From the NCBI RefSeq assembly GCF_003334765.1, contig NZ_QOWT01000019.1: a stretch of 64,000 nucleotides of DNA. One strand, given 5' to 3'. The position numbers and the translations under genes are program-made. The notes under the pieces are model-generated. The model was given only the letters and a program-made list of their open reading frames with translations. It was not told where the DNA came from and made no database searches. Of the stretch, positions 26,041 to 38,525 are shown piece after piece. Numbering within the stretch: the stretch's first letter is position 1; every line of letters begins with the position of its first letter. This DNA is from Escherichia coli. GTDB taxonomy: Bacteria; Pseudomonadota; Gammaproteobacteria; Enterobacterales; Enterobacteriaceae.

Positions 26041-29000
26041 AAATTCTCAGCCTGCGCCTGAAAAACCTGAACTCATTAAAAGGCGAATGGAAGATTGATT
26101 TCACCCGCGAGCCGTTCGCCAGCAACGGGCTGTTTGCTATTACCGGCCCAACAGGTGCGGGGAAAACCACCCTGCTGGACGCCATTTGTCTGGCGCTGTA
26201 TCACGAAACTCCGCGTCTCTCTAACGTTTCACAATCGCAAAATGATCTCATGACCCGCGATACCGCCGAATGTCTGGCGGAGGTGGAGTTTGAAGTGAAA
26301 GGTGAAGCGTACCGTGCATTCTGGAGCCAGAATCGGGCGCGTAACCAACCCGACGGTAATTTGCAGGTGCCACGCGTAGAGCTGGCGCGCTGCGCCGACG
26401 GCAAAATTCTCGCCGACAAAGTGAAAGATAAGCTGGAACTGACAGCGACGTTAACCGGGCTGGATTACGGGCGCTTCACCCGTTCGATGCTGCTTTCGCA
26501 GGGGCAATTTGCTGCCTTCCTGAATGCCAAACCCAAAGAACGCGCGGAATTGCTCGAGGAGTTAACCGGCACTGAAATCTACGGGCAAATCTCGGCGATG
26601 GTTTTTGAGCAGCACAAATCGGCCCGCACAGAGCTGGAGAAGCTGCAAGCGCAGGCCAGCGGCGTCACGTTGCTCACGCCGGAACAAGTGCAATCGCTGA
26701 CAGCGAGTTTGCAGGTACTTACTGACGAAGAAAAACAGTTAATTACCGCGCAGCAGCAAGAACAACAATCGCTAAACTGGTTAACGCGTCAGGACGAATT
26801 GCAGCAAGAAGCCAGCCGCCGTCAGCAGGCCTTGCAACAGGCGTTAGCCGAAGAAGAAAAAGCGCAACCTCAACTGGCGGCGCTTAGTCTGGCACAACCG
26901 GCACGAAATCTTCGTCCACACTGGGAACGCATCGCAGAACACAGCGCGGCGCTGGCGCATATTCGCCAGCAGATTGAAGAAGTAAATACTCGCTTACAGA
27001 GCACAATGGCGCTTCGCGCGAGCATTCGCCACCACGCGGCGAAGCAGTCAGCAGAATTACAGCAGCAGCAACAAAGCCTGAATACCTGGTTACAGGAACA
27101 CGACCGCTTCCGTCAGTGGAACAACGAACCGGCGGGTTGGCGTGCGCAGTTCTCCCAACAAACCAGCGATCGCGAGCATCTGCGGCAATGGCAGCAACAG
27201 TTAACCCATGCTGAGCAAAAACTTAATGCGCTTGCGGCGATCACGTTGACGTTAACCGCCGATGAAGTTGCTACCGCCCTGGCGCAACATGCTGAGCAAC
27301 GCCCACTGCGTCAGCACCTGGTCGCGCTGCATGGACAGATTGTTCCCCAACAAAAACGTCTGGCGCAGTTACAGGTCGCTATCCAGAATGTCACGCAAGA
27401 ACAGACGCAACGTAACGCCGCACTTAACGAAATGCGCCAGCGTTATAAAGAAAAGACGCAGCAACTTGCCGATGTGAAAACCATTTGCGAGCAGGAAGCG
27501 CGCATCAAAACGCTGGAAGCTCAACGTGCACAGTTACAGGCGGGTCAGCCTTGCCCACTTTGTGGTTCCACCAGCCACCCGGCGGTCGAGGCGTATCAGG
27601 CGCTGGAGCCTGGCGTTAATCAGTCTCGATTACTGGCGCTGGAAAACGAAGTTAAAAAGCTCGGTGAAGAAGGTGCGACGCTACGTGGGCAACTGGACGC
27701 CATAACAAAGCAGCTTCAGCGTGATGAAAACGAAGCGCAAAGCCTCCGACAAGATGAGCAAGCACTTACTCAACAATGGCAAGCCGTCACGGCCAGCCTC
27801 AATATCACCTTGCAGCCACTGGACGATATTCAACCGTGGCTGGATGCACAAGATGAGCACGAACGCCAGCTGCGGTTACTCAGCCAACGGCATGAATTAC
27901 AAGGGCAGATTGCCGCGCATAATCAGCAAATTATCCAGTATCAACAGCAAATTGAACAACGCCAGCAACTACTTTTAACGACATTGACGGGTTATGCACT
28001 GACATTGCCACAGGAAGATGAAGAAGAGAGCTGGTTGGCGACACGTCAGCAAGAAGCGCAGAGCTGGCAGCAACGCCAGAACGAATTAACCGCGCTGCAA
28101 AACCGTATTCAGCAGCTGACGCCGATTCTGGAAACGTTGCCGCAAAGTGATGAACTCCCGCACTGCGAAGAAACTGTGGTATTGGAAAACTGGCGGCAGG
28201 TACATGAACAATGTCTCGCATTACACAGCCAGCAGCAGACGTTACAGCAACAGGATGTTCTGGCGGCGCAAAGTCTGCAAAAAGCCCAGGCGCAGTTTGA
28301 CACCGCGCTACAGGCCAGCGTCTTTGACGATCAGCAGGCGTTCCTTGCGGCGCTAATGGATGAACAAACACTAACGCAGCTGGAACAGCTCAAGCAGAAT
28401 CTGGAAAACCAGCGCCGTCAGGCGCAAACTCTGGTCACTCAGACAGCAGAAACGCTGGCACAGCATCAACAACACCGACCTGACGACGGGTTGGCTCTCA
28501 CTGTGACGGTGGAGCAGATTCAGCAAGAGTTAGCGCAAACTCACCAAAAGTTGCGTGAAAACACCACGAGTCAAGGCGAGATTCGCCAGCAGCTGAAGCA
28601 GGATGCAGATAACCGTCAGCAACAACAAACCTTAATGCAGCAAATTGCTCAAATGACGCAGCAGGTTGAGGACTGGGGATATCTGAATTCGCTAATAGGT
28701 TCCAAAGAGGGCGATAAATTCCGCAAGTTTGCCCAGGGGCTGACGCTGGATAATTTAGTCCATCTCGCTAATCAGCAACTTACCCGGCTGCACGGGCGCT
28801 ATCTGTTACAGCGCAAAGCCAGCGAGGCGCTGGAAGTCGAGGTTGTTGATACCTGGCAGGCAGATGCGGTACGCGATACCCGTACCCTTTCCGGCGGCGA
28901 AAGTTTCCTCGTTAGTCTGGCGCTGGCGCTGGCGCTTTCGGATCTGGTCAGCCATAAAACACGTATTGACTCGCTGTTCCTTGATGAAGGTTTTGGCACG

Positions 29001-29183
29001 CTGGATAGCGAAACGCTGGATACCGCCCTTGATGCGCTGGATGCCCTGAACGCCAGTGGCAAAACCATCGGTGTGATTAGCCACGTAGAAGCGATGAAAG
29101 AGCGTATTCCGGTGCAGATCAAAGTGAAAAAGATCAACGGCCTGGGCTACAGCAAACTGGAAAGTACGTTTGCAGTGAAATAA
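26037..29183 (+). CDS. sbcC: Nuclease SbcCD subunit C (Rad50/SMC-like ATPase)
   Basis: 1048-aa ORF; Walker [10 protein letters not shown], long coiled coil, zinc-hook CPLCGS, C-terminal signature LSGGE and Walker B; ATGA overlap with sbcD. Confidence 0.95.
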   Translation: MKILSLRLKNLNSLKGEWKIDFTREPFASNGLFAITGPTGAGKTTLLDAICLALYHETPRLSNVSQSQNDLMTRDTAECLAEVEFEVKGEAYRAFWSQNRARNQPDGNLQVPRVELARCADGKILADKVKDKLELTATLTGLDYGRFTRSMLLSQGQFAAFLNAKPKERAELLEELTGTEIYGQISAMVFEQHKSARTELEKLQAQASGVTLLTPEQVQSLTASLQVLTDEEKQLITAQQQEQQSLNWLTRQDELQQEASRRQQALQQALAEEEKAQPQLAALSLAQPARNLRPHWERIAEHSAALAHIRQQIEEVNTRLQSTMALRASIRHHAAKQSAELQQQQQSLNTWLQEHDRFRQWNNEPAGWRAQFSQQTSDREHLRQWQQQLTHAEQKLNALAAITLTLTADEVATALAQHAEQRPLRQHLVALHGQIVPQQKRLAQLQVAIQNVTQEQTQRNAALNEMRQRYKEKTQQLADVKTICEQEARIKTLEAQRAQLQAGQPCPLCGSTSHPAVEAYQALEPGVNQSRLLALENEVKKLGEEGATLRGQLDAITKQLQRDENEAQSLRQDEQALTQQWQAVTASLNITLQPLDDIQPWLDAQDEHERQLRLLSQRHELQGQIAAHNQQIIQYQQQIEQRQQLLLTTLTGYALTLPQEDEEESWLATRQQEAQSWQQRQNELTALQNRIQQLTPILETLPQSDELPHCEETVVLENWRQVHEQCLALHSQQQTLQQQDVLAAQSLQKAQAQFDTALQASVFDDQQAFLAALMDEQTLTQLEQLKQNLENQRRQAQTLVTQTAETLAQHQQHRPDDGLALTVTVEQIQQELAQTHQKLRENTTSQGEIRQQLKQDADNRQQQQTLMQQIAQMTQQVEDWGYLNSLIGSKEGDKFRKFAQGLTLDNLVHLANQQLTRLHGRYLLQRKASEALEVEVVDTWQADAVRDTRTLSGGESFLVSLALALALSDLVSHKTRIDSLFLDEGFGTLDSETLDTALDALDALNASGKTIGVISHVEAMKERIPVQIKVKKINGLGYSKLESTFAVK

Positions 29184-29308
29184 CTATTCAGCAGGATAAT
29201 GAATACAGAGGGGCGAATTATCTCTTGGCCTTGCTGGTCGTTATCCTGCAAGCTATCACTTTATTGGCTACGGTGATTGGTAGCCGTTCTGGTGGTTGTG
29301 ATGGTGGT

Positions 29309-30493
29309 ATGAAAAAAGTCATTTTATCTTTGGCTCTGGGCACGTTTGGTTTGGGGATGGCCGAATTTGGCATTATGGGCGTGCTCACGGAGCTGGCGCA
29401 TAACGTAGGAATTTCGATTCCTGCCGCCGGGCATATGATCTCGTATTATGCACTGGGGGTGGTGGTCGGTGCGCCAATCATCGCACTCTTTTCCAGCCGC
29501 TACTCACTCAAACATATCTTGTTGTTTCTGGTGGCGTTGTGCGTCATTGGCAACGCCATGTTCACGCTCTCTTCGTCTTACCTGATGCTCGCCATTGGTC
29601 GGCTGGTATCCGGCTTTCCGCATGGCGCATTTTTTGGCGTCGGAGCGATCGTGTTATCAAAAATTATCAAACCCGGAAAAGTCACCGCCGCCGTGGCGGG
29701 GATGGTTTCCGGGATGACAGTCGCCAATTTGCTGGGCATTCCGCTGGGAACGTATTTAAGTCAGGAATTTAGCTGGCGTTACACCTTTTTATTGATCGCT
29801 GTTTTTAATATTGCGGTGATGGCATCGGTCTATTTTTGGGTGCCAGATATTCGCGACGAGGCGAAAGGAAATCTGCGCGAACAATTTCACTTTTTGCGCA
29901 GCCCGGCCCCGTGGTTAATTTTCGCCGCCACGATGTTTGGCAACGCAGGTGTGTTTGCCTGGTTCAGCTACGTAAAGCCATACATGATGTTTATTTCCGG
30001 TTTTTCGGAAACGGCGATGACCTTTATTATGATGTTAGTTGGGCTAGGGATGGTGCTGGGAAATATGCTAAGTGGCAGGATTTCAGGACGTTATTCACCA
30101 CTGCGCATTGCAGCAGTGACTGACTTTATAATTGTACTGGCACTGCTGATGCTCTTTTTCTGCGGCGGCATGAAAACAACGTCGCTTATTTTTGCTTTTA
30201 TTTGTTGCGCGGGATTATTTGCCCTTTCAGCACCGCTACAAATATTGTTACTACAAAACGCCAAAGGCGGAGAGTTATTAGGTGCCGCAGGTGGGCAAAT
30301 AGCGTTTAACCTCGGTAGCGCCGTCGGCGCATATTGCGGAGGTATGATGCTGACGCTGGGACTGGCATATAATTACGTGGCGCTGCCTGCCGCCCTGCTT
30401 TCGTTTGCTGCGATGTCGTCGTTGCTGCTGTATGGTCGCTATAAGCGCCAGCAAGCGGCGGATACTCCGGTGCTGGCGAAACCACTGGGGTAG
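29309..30493 (+). CDS. araJ: MFS transporter AraJ
   Basis: Start at ATG 29309 (MKKVILSLALGTFG...) gives 394 aa; 12-TM MFS. Confidence 0.85.
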   Translation: MKKVILSLALGTFGLGMAEFGIMGVLTELAHNVGISIPAAGHMISYYALGVVVGAPIIALFSSRYSLKHILLFLVALCVIGNAMFTLSSSYLMLAIGRLVSGFPHGAFFGVGAIVLSKIIKPGKVTAAVAGMVSGMTVANLLGIPLGTYLSQEFSWRYTFLLIAVFNIAVMASVYFWVPDIRDEAKGNLREQFHFLRSPAPWLIFAATMFGNAGVFAWFSYVKPYMMFISGFSETAMTFIMMLVGLGMVLGNMLSGRISGRYSPLRIAAVTDFIIVLALLMLFFCGGMKTTSLIFAFICCAGLFALSAPLQILLLQNAKGGELLGAAGGQIAFNLGSAVGAYCGGMMLTLGLAYNYVALPAALLSFAAMSSLLLYGRYKRQQAADTPVLAKPLG

Positions 30494-30521
30494 GTTATAG
30501 TCTCGGTGCTCATTACTTATT

Positions 30522-30612
30522 GCCGGATGCGGCGTGAACGCCTTATCCGCCCTACGCGGTTCTGGCACATTTTGCAGGCCTGATAAGACGCGGCAAGCGT
30601 CGCATCAGGCAT
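30522..30612. repeat. REP pair (BIME) between convergent araJ and mak
   Basis: gccggatgcggcgtgaacgccttatccgccctac and aggcctgataagacgcggcaagcgtcgcatcaggcat. Confidence 0.65.
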
Positions 30613-30635
30613 GATGCGCCAATTGCCTACGTTTT

Positions 30636-31544
30636 TTACTCTTGTGGCCATAACCACGCAGCGCCGCGTACGCCGCTGGAATCACCGTGCTTCGCCTTAC
30701 GCACCGGCGTTTCACATTCGCCGCCGAAGACAAATTGTTTAATCAACTGCCCAACCGTTTGATATAAACGGTCTACATTGCTCATCCCGCCCCCCAGGAC
30801 AATCACATCCGGATCGAGAATATTCACGACATGTGCCAGCGATTTTGCCAGCCGCAGCTCGTAGCGACGCAATGCCAGTTCCGCTACCGGATCGCTTTCT
30901 TCAACCAGGCGGATAATTTCACTGCCTTTCAGCGCATGTCCGCTCAAACGACGATAATCCATCGCGAATCCCGTGCCCGAAATAAAGGTTTCAATACAAC
31001 CTTGTTTACCGCAATAACAAGGGACTTCCTCGCGATAACGCAGTTCGTCTTCGTCCATCCACGGTAGCGGATTGTGTCCCCACTCACCTGCCGTGCCATT
31101 GCCGCCGATATGCGCCCGCCCATTGAATGCCACGCCCGCGCCGCATCCCGTGCCGATAATCACGGCAAATACCGTCTGCGCTCCCGCTGCCGCGCCATCT
31201 ACTGCTTCTGAAACCGCCAGACAGTTAGCGTCATTTGCCAGCCGCACTTCCCGCTGCAACCTCGCGCTTAAGTCTTTATCGAATGGCTGACCGTTGAGCC
31301 AGGTTGAATTGGCATTCTTCACCACACCGGTGTAAGGCGAAATTGAGCCAGGAATGCCCATACCTACCGTTCCGCGCTGCCCCGTCGCCTGCTCCGCCAT
31401 ATCAACCAACGTGGCGATCGTTTCAATAGTCTGCCGGTAATCATCACGCGGCGTGGGCAGACGATGGCGGTACAACTGCTCCCCTGCATCGCCCAGTGCA
31501 ATCACTTCAGTTTTGGTGCCGCCTAAATCGATACCTATACGCAC
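30636..31544 (-). CDS. mak: Fructokinase / manno(fructo)kinase, ROK family
   Basis: GTG start at 31544 with AAGGAG RBS upstream gives 302 aa ([14 protein letters not shown]...); ROK motifs. Confidence 0.85.
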
Positions 31545-31668
31545 GGTACTCTCCTTATTTTTTTCAATATTAATAGCGTAGAGACGGACAACCGGATTGG
31601 CAATGCAAGGCCGCCGACAATTCGTTATCATGCCCGCTAAATTTAACGACAAGGCCGTGGAAATTATC

Positions 31669-32580
31669 ATGCTGTGGTTCAAAAATTTAATGGTTTACCG
31701 TCTTAGCCGCGAGATTTCGCTGCGTGCAGAAGAGATGGAAAAACAGCTAGCCTCGATGGCATTTACCCCATGCGGCAGCCAGGACATGGCGAAGATGGGC
31801 TGGGTTCCTCCGATGGGATCGCACAGCGATGCGTTAACGCACGTTGCCAATGGTCAAATTGTTATCTGCGCGCGCAAAGAAGAAAAAATCCTCCCGTCTC
31901 CGGTGATTAAACAGGCGCTGGAAGCGAAAATCGCCAAACTGGAAGCGGAACAGGCGCGTAAGCTGAAGAAAACCGAAAAAGATTCGCTGAAAGACGAAGT
32001 GCTGCACTCTCTGCTGCCGCGTGCTTTCAGCCGTTTTAGCCAGACAATGATGTGGATCGACACGGTTAACGGTTTGATTATGGTGGACTGCGCCAGTGCC
32101 AAAAAAGCGGAAGATACGCTGGCATTACTGCGTAAAAGCCTGGGGTCGTTACCGGTTGTACCATTGAGCATGGAAAACCCGATTGAACTGACGCTGACCG
32201 AATGGGTTCGCTCCGGTAGTGCGGCACAGGGCTTCCAGCTGCTTGATGAAGCCGAGCTGAAATCGTTGCTGGAAGATGGCGGCGTGATCCGCGCGAAGAA
32301 ACAAGATCTGACCAGCGAAGAGATCACCAATCACATTGAAGCCGGAAAAGTGGTGACTAAACTGGCGCTCGACTGGCAGCAGCGCATTCAGTTTGTGATG
32401 TGCGACGATGGTTCGCTCAAGCGTCTGAAGTTCTGCGACGAGCTGCGCGATCAAAACGAAGATATCGACCGTGAAGATTTCGCCCAGCGTTTTGATGCCG
32501 ATTTCATCCTGATGACTGGTGAACTGGCAGCGTTAATTCAAAACCTGATTGAAGGATTAGGTGGCGAAGCACAACGTTAA
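31669..32580 (+). CDS. rdgC: Recombination-associated protein RdgC
   Basis: Start at ATG 31669 ([16 protein letters not shown]...) gives 303 aa. Confidence 0.9.
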
Positions 32581-32599
32581 TTGCTGATTTTCCTTTAAT

Positions 32600-32636
32600 G
32601 CCGGATGCGACGCCTGCCGCGTCTTATCCGGCGTAC
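32600..32636. repeat. REP element after rdgC
   Basis: gccggatgcgacgcctgccgcgtcttatccggcgtac palindromic unit. Confidence 0.6.
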
Positions 32637-32737
32637 GAAGCCACACCAGGCATATAATTATTCGCTACGGCGAGCAATAATTTTTAGCGCAGCAATATTA
32701 TGCGTTTTACGCTGTAACTTGCTCCATGGACGTTGTG

Positions 32738-33019
32738 TCATTGTTTTTCCTCAAGCCGGTGACGCGCTTCACTGCGAATTTTCCGCGTTGCCCCGGTTTT
32801 CACTAAATCACGTAACAGCGAAAGATCGGGTTGTTCGACAAATAAGAGTAATGATGGATCCTCTTTTAACCACGCCGTTTTCACATCGGCAGCCAGCTGT
32901 GGATTATTAATAGCCAGCGACCGATCCTGAGGCTCAGTCAATGTCGTTAACAACAACGCCGGGGTATGTGCGTTGCGCAATGCCGTTTGGCGTAAATGAT
33001 CATTGCGACTTTGCAGCAA
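32738..33019 (-). CDS. ykiA: Small hypothetical protein at the position of ykiA
   Basis: 93-aa ORF in the position ykiA occupies between rdgC and ppnP; no recognisable motif; could be non-coding. Confidence 0.4.
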   Translation of the reverse strand: MLQSRNDHLRQTALRNAHTPALLLTTLTEPQDRSLAINNPQLAADVKTAWLKEDPSLLLFVEQPDLSLLRDLVKTGATRKIRSEARHRLEEKQ

Positions 33020-33226
33020 TGCACGCCACCATTCATCATCTGATTTATCTTTTATCGTAGCCAGTTCCGCAACAATATCTGGAGATCTTCACTGATATTT
33101 ATATCAACCTTGATAAATTATGAATATATCGGAAATTGAAAAAATCGCAGCAAAGGAAATATTATTATGGGCTAAAGAAAGGATATTTCAGAAAAATGCC
33201 CTCCCGTTCAAGGGGAAGGCGAGGAA

Positions 33227-33511
33227 TTACAGATAGCGGCACAGATAAGAGGTGGGTTCGGCAACTTGCAGATGAAACTCACTGTGACCGGGAACATTAA
33301 ACACCGAACCGGCTTCATACACCTGCCAGTCGGTCGCGTCAGGCAGTAACACATTCAGCGCGCCACTGATTACCGTCATCTCTTCCGGCTCAGCGGTGCT
33401 GAAGGTGTATTCGCCTTCAACCATAACACCCACGCTGGCGCGACCAGTGCTGCTGCTGGAAAAGCCGATTGATTTCACTTTGCCGGAAAAGTACTCATTA
33501 CTTTGAAGCAT
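33227..33511 (-). CDS. ppnP: Pyrimidine/purine nucleoside phosphorylase PpnP (cupin)
   Basis: 94-aa [20 protein letters not shown]... Confidence 0.9.
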
Positions 33512-33582
33512 AAACTGGCCCTGTTTGGTAGTTGAACATCTACTTCACTATAGGGGCCAGAGGCGCTGGCTGTCACGCAAAA

Positions 33583-34260
33583 TTACACCAGTAATTCCGC
33601 AGCCAGCCGTGCAATCAATACGTTAGACAGCAAGACAGGAACATCGAGCTGTTTTTGCAGTAAATCGCGATGACGTTGGTGAAATCCTAAACAATCCAGC
33701 ATGATGACATCAGCCCCTTTTGCCAGTAATTCTTTCCCGGCATCAATGATTTTTTGTTCTGAATCATGAATGGGGTTACCCAATGAAAATACCGGCGATT
33801 TCTGCAAAATTTGCCATTTTTGCGCCTGAACGGGCAGCATCTCCTCAACCGGAACGATAACCCCCACCTGATGATCTTCAACAATAGAGGAAACCAGTGG
33901 AGGCAATATTCGCGACGGCTCAAGAAAGATCGTATTACGCGCAGTCATACTACTAATGTTTGCTGTACTCATTAATAAAATGACGTCATAACCCTGATTA
34001 TCGAGCACTTCAACCACACCTTGCAGGTCACGCTCCACTTTGCGACGCGAAACATGGGCCAGCTGGTTGTCATTTAATAATGTGAGAATGGTGTCTTCGC
34101 CTGCTTCTGGCGCGTACTCCGCCATCACTTCTTCACGACTTAACTTCCCCAGCAGGCTATGATGGGAAATATTATCTTCGTCAATGTATTCCGTCAGGAG
34201 CGGCAAAACTTCCTGCATAGGTACAATGCCGATGGTCAGGATCGCCAACGACGCACTCAT
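33583..34260 (-). CDS. aroM: Protein AroM
   Basis: 225-aa ORF downstream of aroL-yaiA in the same orientation. Confidence 0.85.
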
Positions 34261-34517
34261 TGTTCATCCACCTTACTTTTCTTTCGTCGTTAATTACCGG
34301 GCAAGTGTGAAGCACCACTGCTGACACTTACTTGTGCTACAAATGACAAAAAGCGTAGCAGCAGACGTGCACGGCATAATGTAAAGATTCCAAATGATTC
34401 CAGTAATGGATTGTTATTGTTTAATATTCTAATTATTAGAAAAACATGAATTATGAAAAATGTGACGCAGATCCCTTGTAGTGGCACTCAGAATCCCTTC
34501 CGAGCAGTCTGATGCGG

Positions 34518-34718
<201 letters not shown>

Positions 34719-34758
34719 TTATTTCACGGGATGAACGTTAAGTATAGGCGCTCGAAAA

Positions 34759-35283
34759 TCAACAATTGATCGTCTGTGCCAGGGCGCTGCGAATTTCAGA
34801 AATCACCTGGCTGGGTTCGTTTGTTGCGTCGATGATAATATGCGCAACTTCGCGATATAGCGCATCGCGTTCTTCCAGCACTTCCTGAACTTCTTCGCTC
34901 AGCGGTTTTCCCGTTAAGGTTGGCCGTAAATCTTCTTCCGGTGCAGCTTGCAGTCGGTTAACCAGGACTGATACTGGCGCACACAAATAAAACACGATCC
35001 CGTTATTTTGCATGAAGTGACGATTAAATTCCGTCAGAATAATGCCGCCGCCTGTAGCGATAACGGTGGATGGCGCAGTTACCGCTTCCAGCGCCGCCGT
35101 TTCTCTGGCGCGAAATCCCGCCCACTCTTCCCTTTCGACGATCTCCGCGACCGTCATATTGAGCTGTGATTGCAACCACTGATCGGTATCGACAAACCGA
35201 CGGTTAAGCGAATCGGCAAGGGCCATTCCGACCGTTGTTTTACCACAGCCCCGAGGCCCGATCAGAAAAAGAGGTTGTGTCAT
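34759..35283 (-). CDS. aroL: Shikimate kinase II
   Basis: 174-aa ORF; Walker [10 protein letters not shown]. Confidence 0.95.
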   Translation of the reverse strand: MTQPLFLIGPRGCGKTTVGMALADSLNRRFVDTDQWLQSQLNMTVAEIVEREEWAGFRARETAALEAVTAPSTVIATGGGIILTEFNRHFMQNNGIVFYLCAPVSVLVNRLQAAPEEDLRPTLTGKPLSEEVQEVLEERDALYREVAHIIIDATNEPSQVISEIRSALAQTINC

Positions 35284-35465
35284 CGTGGGTTTTCCCCAAT
35301 AGGTCGCAATGCGGCGAAAGCCGGTGTCATGAGAATAGCGATCATACCATCAAACTAGTACAATTTCGATTGTAAAGAAAAAATTCCACTTAAAGTGAAA
35401 ATCTCAATACACCCCTTACTATACCAATAAATATTCAAGAATGAAGTGTAAATAATAAATTACAT

Positions 35466-35924
35466 TTAGCCACGACTACGTTGCACTTCCAGCCACCACT
35501 TCTCCAGCTCCGCGGCAAAGGCCTGGCGGTCACGTTGTGAAAGGCTATCTGGTCCGCCGGTCTGGATCCCACTGGCACGTAAGGTATCCATAAAATCGCG
35601 CATCGTCAGGCGCTCACGAATGGTCGCTGGCGTGTAACGTTCGCCGCGCGGATTAAGCGCCGCAGCGCCTTTCTCGATGGCTTCAGCAGCCAAAGGTATA
35701 TCTGCGGTGATCACCAAATCGCCCGCTTCACACTGCCGGACAATTTCGTTATCGGCAACGTCGAAACCTGCCGCGACGCGCAGCGTACGAATAAATCGCG
35801 ATGGCGGCACGCGTAAACTCTGGTTTGCTACCAGTACCAGCGGCATCTGCATACGTTCCGCCGCGCGATACAAAATCTCTTTAATTACATTGGGACACGC
35901 GTCGGCATCCACCCAAATTGTCAT
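35466..35924 (-). CDS. yaiI: UPF0178 / DUF188 protein YaiI
   Basis: Start at ATG 35924 ([15 protein letters not shown]...) gives 152 aa. Confidence 0.85.
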   Translation of the reverse strand: MTIWVDADACPNVIKEILYRAAERMQMPLVLVANQSLRVPPSRFIRTLRVAAGFDVADNEIVRQCEAGDLVITADIPLAAEAIEKGAAALNPRGERYTPATIRERLTMRDFMDTLRASGIQTGGPDSLSQRDRQAFAAELEKWWLEVQRSRG

Positions 35925-36043
35925 AAAGTCATCCTTTGTTGGGTAATCCTCTATTGTGTCGCGCTTTTGCCTTCCGGCATAGTTCTGTTTATGCTTCTGC
36001 CAGCGATTATCAAAACAATGAATTTCACGGCAGGAGTGAGGCA

Positions 36044-36853
36044 ATGGAAAAGAAAATCGGTTTTATTGGCTGCGGCAATATGGGAAAAGCCATTCTCGGC
36101 GGTCTGATTGCCAGCGGTCAGGTGCTTCCAGGGCAAATCTGGGTATACACCCCCTCCCCGGATAAAGTCGCCGCCCTGCATGACCAGTTCGGCATCAACG
36201 CCGCAGAATCGGCGCAAGAAGTGGCGCAAATCGCCGACATCATTTTTGCTGCCGTTAAACCTGGCATCATGATTAAAGTGCTTAGCGAAATCACCTCCAG
36301 CCTGAATAAAGACTCTCTGGTCGTTTCTATTGCTGCAGGTGTCACGCTCGACCAGCTTGCCCGCGCGCTGGGCCATGACCGGAAAATTATCCGCGCCATG
36401 CCGAACACTCCCGCACTGGTTAATGCCGGGATGACCTCCGTAACGCCAAACGCGCTGGTAACCCCAGAAGATACCGCTGATGTGCTGAATATTTTCCGCT
36501 GCTTTGGCGAAGCGGAAGTAATTGCTGAGCCGATGATCCACCCGGTGGTCGGTGTGAGCGGTTCTTCGCCAGCCTACGTATTTATGTTTATCGAAGCGAT
36601 GGCCGACGCCGCCGTGCTGGGCGGGATGCCACGCGCCCAGGCGTATAAATTTGCCGCTCAGGCGGTAATGGGTTCCGCAAAAATGGTGCTGGAAACGGGA
36701 GAACATCCGGGGGCACTGAAAGATATGGTCTGCTCACCGGGAGGCACCACCATTGAAGCGGTACGCGTACTGGAAGAGAAAGGCTTCCGTGCTGCAGTGA
36801 TCGAAGCGATGACGAAGTGTATGGAAAAATCAGAAAAACTCAGCAAATCCTGA
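36044..36853 (+). CDS. proC: Pyrroline-5-carboxylate reductase
   Basis: Start at ATG 36044 ([21 protein letters not shown]...) gives 269 aa; Rossmann GxGxxG. Confidence 0.95.
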   Translation: MEKKIGFIGCGNMGKAILGGLIASGQVLPGQIWVYTPSPDKVAALHDQFGINAAESAQEVAQIADIIFAAVKPGIMIKVLSEITSSLNKDSLVVSIAAGVTLDQLARALGHDRKIIRAMPNTPALVNAGMTSVTPNALVTPEDTADVLNIFRCFGEAEVIAEPMIHPVVGVSGSSPAYVFMFIEAMADAAVLGGMPRAQAYKFAAQAVMGSAKMVLETGEHPGALKDMVCSPGGTTIEAVRVLEEKGFRAAVIEAMTKCMEKSEKLSKS

Positions 36854-36869
36854 TGACTTTCGCCGGACG

Positions 36870-37985
36870 TCAGGCCGCCACTTCGGTGCGGTTACGTCCG
36901 GCTTTCTTTGCTTTGTAAAGCGCCAAATCTGCCGATTTCAACCACTCACGATAGTGACTCATTTGTGGGTTCAGCGGCGCAACCCCCACACTAATCCGTA
37001 AAGTTACCTGTGGCGTATTCGGCAAACGTAATGTATTTAGCCCTTCATGCACCCGTAACATGGCGGTAATGGCGCTCTCAGCTGGCGTACCGGACATGAT
37101 TACTGCAAACTCATCGCCGCCAAACCGACCAATCACATCGCTACCGCGCAGGGTAATTTGTAACTGTCGGGTAAGCGCCACAATCGCTTCATCGCCCACA
37201 TCATGGCCCCAGGTATCGTTGATGCTCTTGAAATGGTCGATATCGATAATCAGTAACGTTGCATCGCGATTATGCCGCCGACAGTTATCAAATTCATTGC
37301 GTAACATAGTTTCCCAATGACGTCGGTTATACACGCCCGTCATGCCGTCGCGGGTACTCATGACCTGCAACCTGCGTTTATGTTCCGCCAGTTTGGTTGC
37401 CGTCTGGTAGCTGACCCAGCCAAACAGCAGAGGATAAATGACAATAATGGGAAGGGAGAGCCACCATTCCAGCGGCGCACTATTGAACGACACGGTAATG
37501 CCCGTCAGCTCGAGGGTGACAAGGCAGGAAACCACCATCAACACCAGACCCGCGACAAACAGACGGGGGCCGCCTGCCCCCATCAAATTCAGACACATAA
37601 TCATCAACATCGCGGTGGAAGGCAGCACGTTTACGCCCATTACGCCTACCCACATTCCCGCTAATACTGCATCGGTTTTTAAGTTGTAAATTTCCCGGCT
37701 AAGCGGATCGACGGCCCTGCTCGCTATCTGCCAGGCTAAATGCGGCCAGACGAACGCCCAGCCGACCAACACCAGCCACCACCAGCCCGGCGGCGGGTGT
37801 GAAACCAGCGTTGAAGCAATCGGTAAGAACATGCCAGCCAGGCCAACCGCACGGGGTAGTCTGACGCGACGGGCGAAGCGCAGCCCGGACCGCTGATGTT
37901 CGTTTTGAGGAGTTAAAGGAGGTTCCTCCCCGTGCGCCGCCGCTTTTTTGAAAAAGTTTTCATCATTCATTATTTTTGGGAACAT
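36870..37985 (-). CDS. dgcC: Diguanylate cyclase with N-terminal membrane domain
   Basis: 371-aa ORF; multi-TM N-terminus and GGDEF active site (GRFGGDEFAVI). Confidence 0.9.
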   Translation of the reverse strand: MFPKIMNDENFFKKAAAHGEEPPLTPQNEHQRSGLRFARRVRLPRAVGLAGMFLPIASTLVSHPPPGWWWLVLVGWAFVWPHLAWQIASRAVDPLSREIYNLKTDAVLAGMWVGVMGVNVLPSTAMLMIMCLNLMGAGGPRLFVAGLVLMVVSCLVTLELTGITVSFNSAPLEWWLSLPIIVIYPLLFGWVSYQTATKLAEHKRRLQVMSTRDGMTGVYNRRHWETMLRNEFDNCRRHNRDATLLIIDIDHFKSINDTWGHDVGDEAIVALTRQLQITLRGSDVIGRFGGDEFAVIMSGTPAESAITAMLRVHEGLNTLRLPNTPQVTLRISVGVAPLNPQMSHYREWLKSADLALYKAKKAGRNRTEVAA

Positions 37986-38086
37986 TCAGAAACAATTTTC
38001 CCAAATTATAGAGACGGAGCTAAAGGCAGAAGTATGATATTTCGGGTGAGCCATTTTCGTAGCTCACCCGTTAGCACTATCAGGTA

Positions 38087-38407
38087 TCAGGCGGCTTTCT
38101 TGAGGCAGGCACTCATAAACTTATTACGATCATCACCTTTCAGAGATTGTTGTGTTGCTTGATTATTGCATTCGCGCATCTTTTGCTGCTGTGGCGTCAA
38201 ACTTTTTTCGCCAGGCGCAGACTTGCTGTTCTTCAGGCAATCACTCATGTAGGTCTTACGAGCATCCCCTTTCAACGCCTGCGCCGTCGCCTGCTGATTA
38301 CAGGAGGTCATACGCTGTTGTTGTGGGGTTAAAGTTCTCTCGGCAGCGCCGACGGTGGTTAAAAAAACCAGACCGAAAAGCAAGGTAACCAGTAATGTTA
38401 TTTTCAT
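38087..38407 (-). CDS. psiF: Phosphate-starvation-inducible protein PsiF
   Basis: Start at ATG 38407 gives 106 aa; signal peptide; two tandem internal repeats (LTPQQQ(R/K)M(T/R)(S/E)CN(Q/N)QAT...LKGD); immediately downstream of phoA. Confidence 0.8.
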   Translation of the reverse strand: MKITLLVTLLFGLVFLTTVGAAERTLTPQQQRMTSCNQQATAQALKGDARKTYMSDCLKNSKSAPGEKSLTPQQQKMRECNNQATQQSLKGDDRNKFMSACLKKAA

Positions 38408-38525
38408 AGCACCATCCCTCTTCATGTTTTAACCATGAGCGTATGCGCCCGTGATCTGCCATTAAGTCTGGTTGCTAACAGCAAAAAAACCACCCGGCAG
38501 CGAAAATTCACTGCCGGGCGCGGTT

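Noticed and set aside
33120-33236. Possible 38-aa small ORF ([38 protein letters not shown]) between ykiA and ppnP
   Set aside because: No clear RBS, overlaps the ppnP stop and its likely terminator hairpin (ccctcccgttcaaggggaagg), and composition matches the surrounding AT-rich non-coding DNA; cannot be supported without conservation or ribosome-profiling data.
35284-35465. TyrR/TrpR operator boxes upstream of aroL (for example tgtaaataataaattaca near 35440-35460)
   Set aside because: Sequences resembling the TGTAAA-N6-TTTACA TyrR box are present, but I could not assign exact boxes with confidence without a matrix scan, so they are not reported as features.
35951-36706. 251-aa reverse-strand ORF antisense to proC; similar antisense ORFs at 59610-60353 (frmA), 870-1547 (ispA), 16102-16644 (queA), 18133-18759 (malZ)
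   Set aside because: All lie entirely within well-supported genes on the opposite strand and have arginine/histidine-rich, motif-free translations typical of antisense frames.
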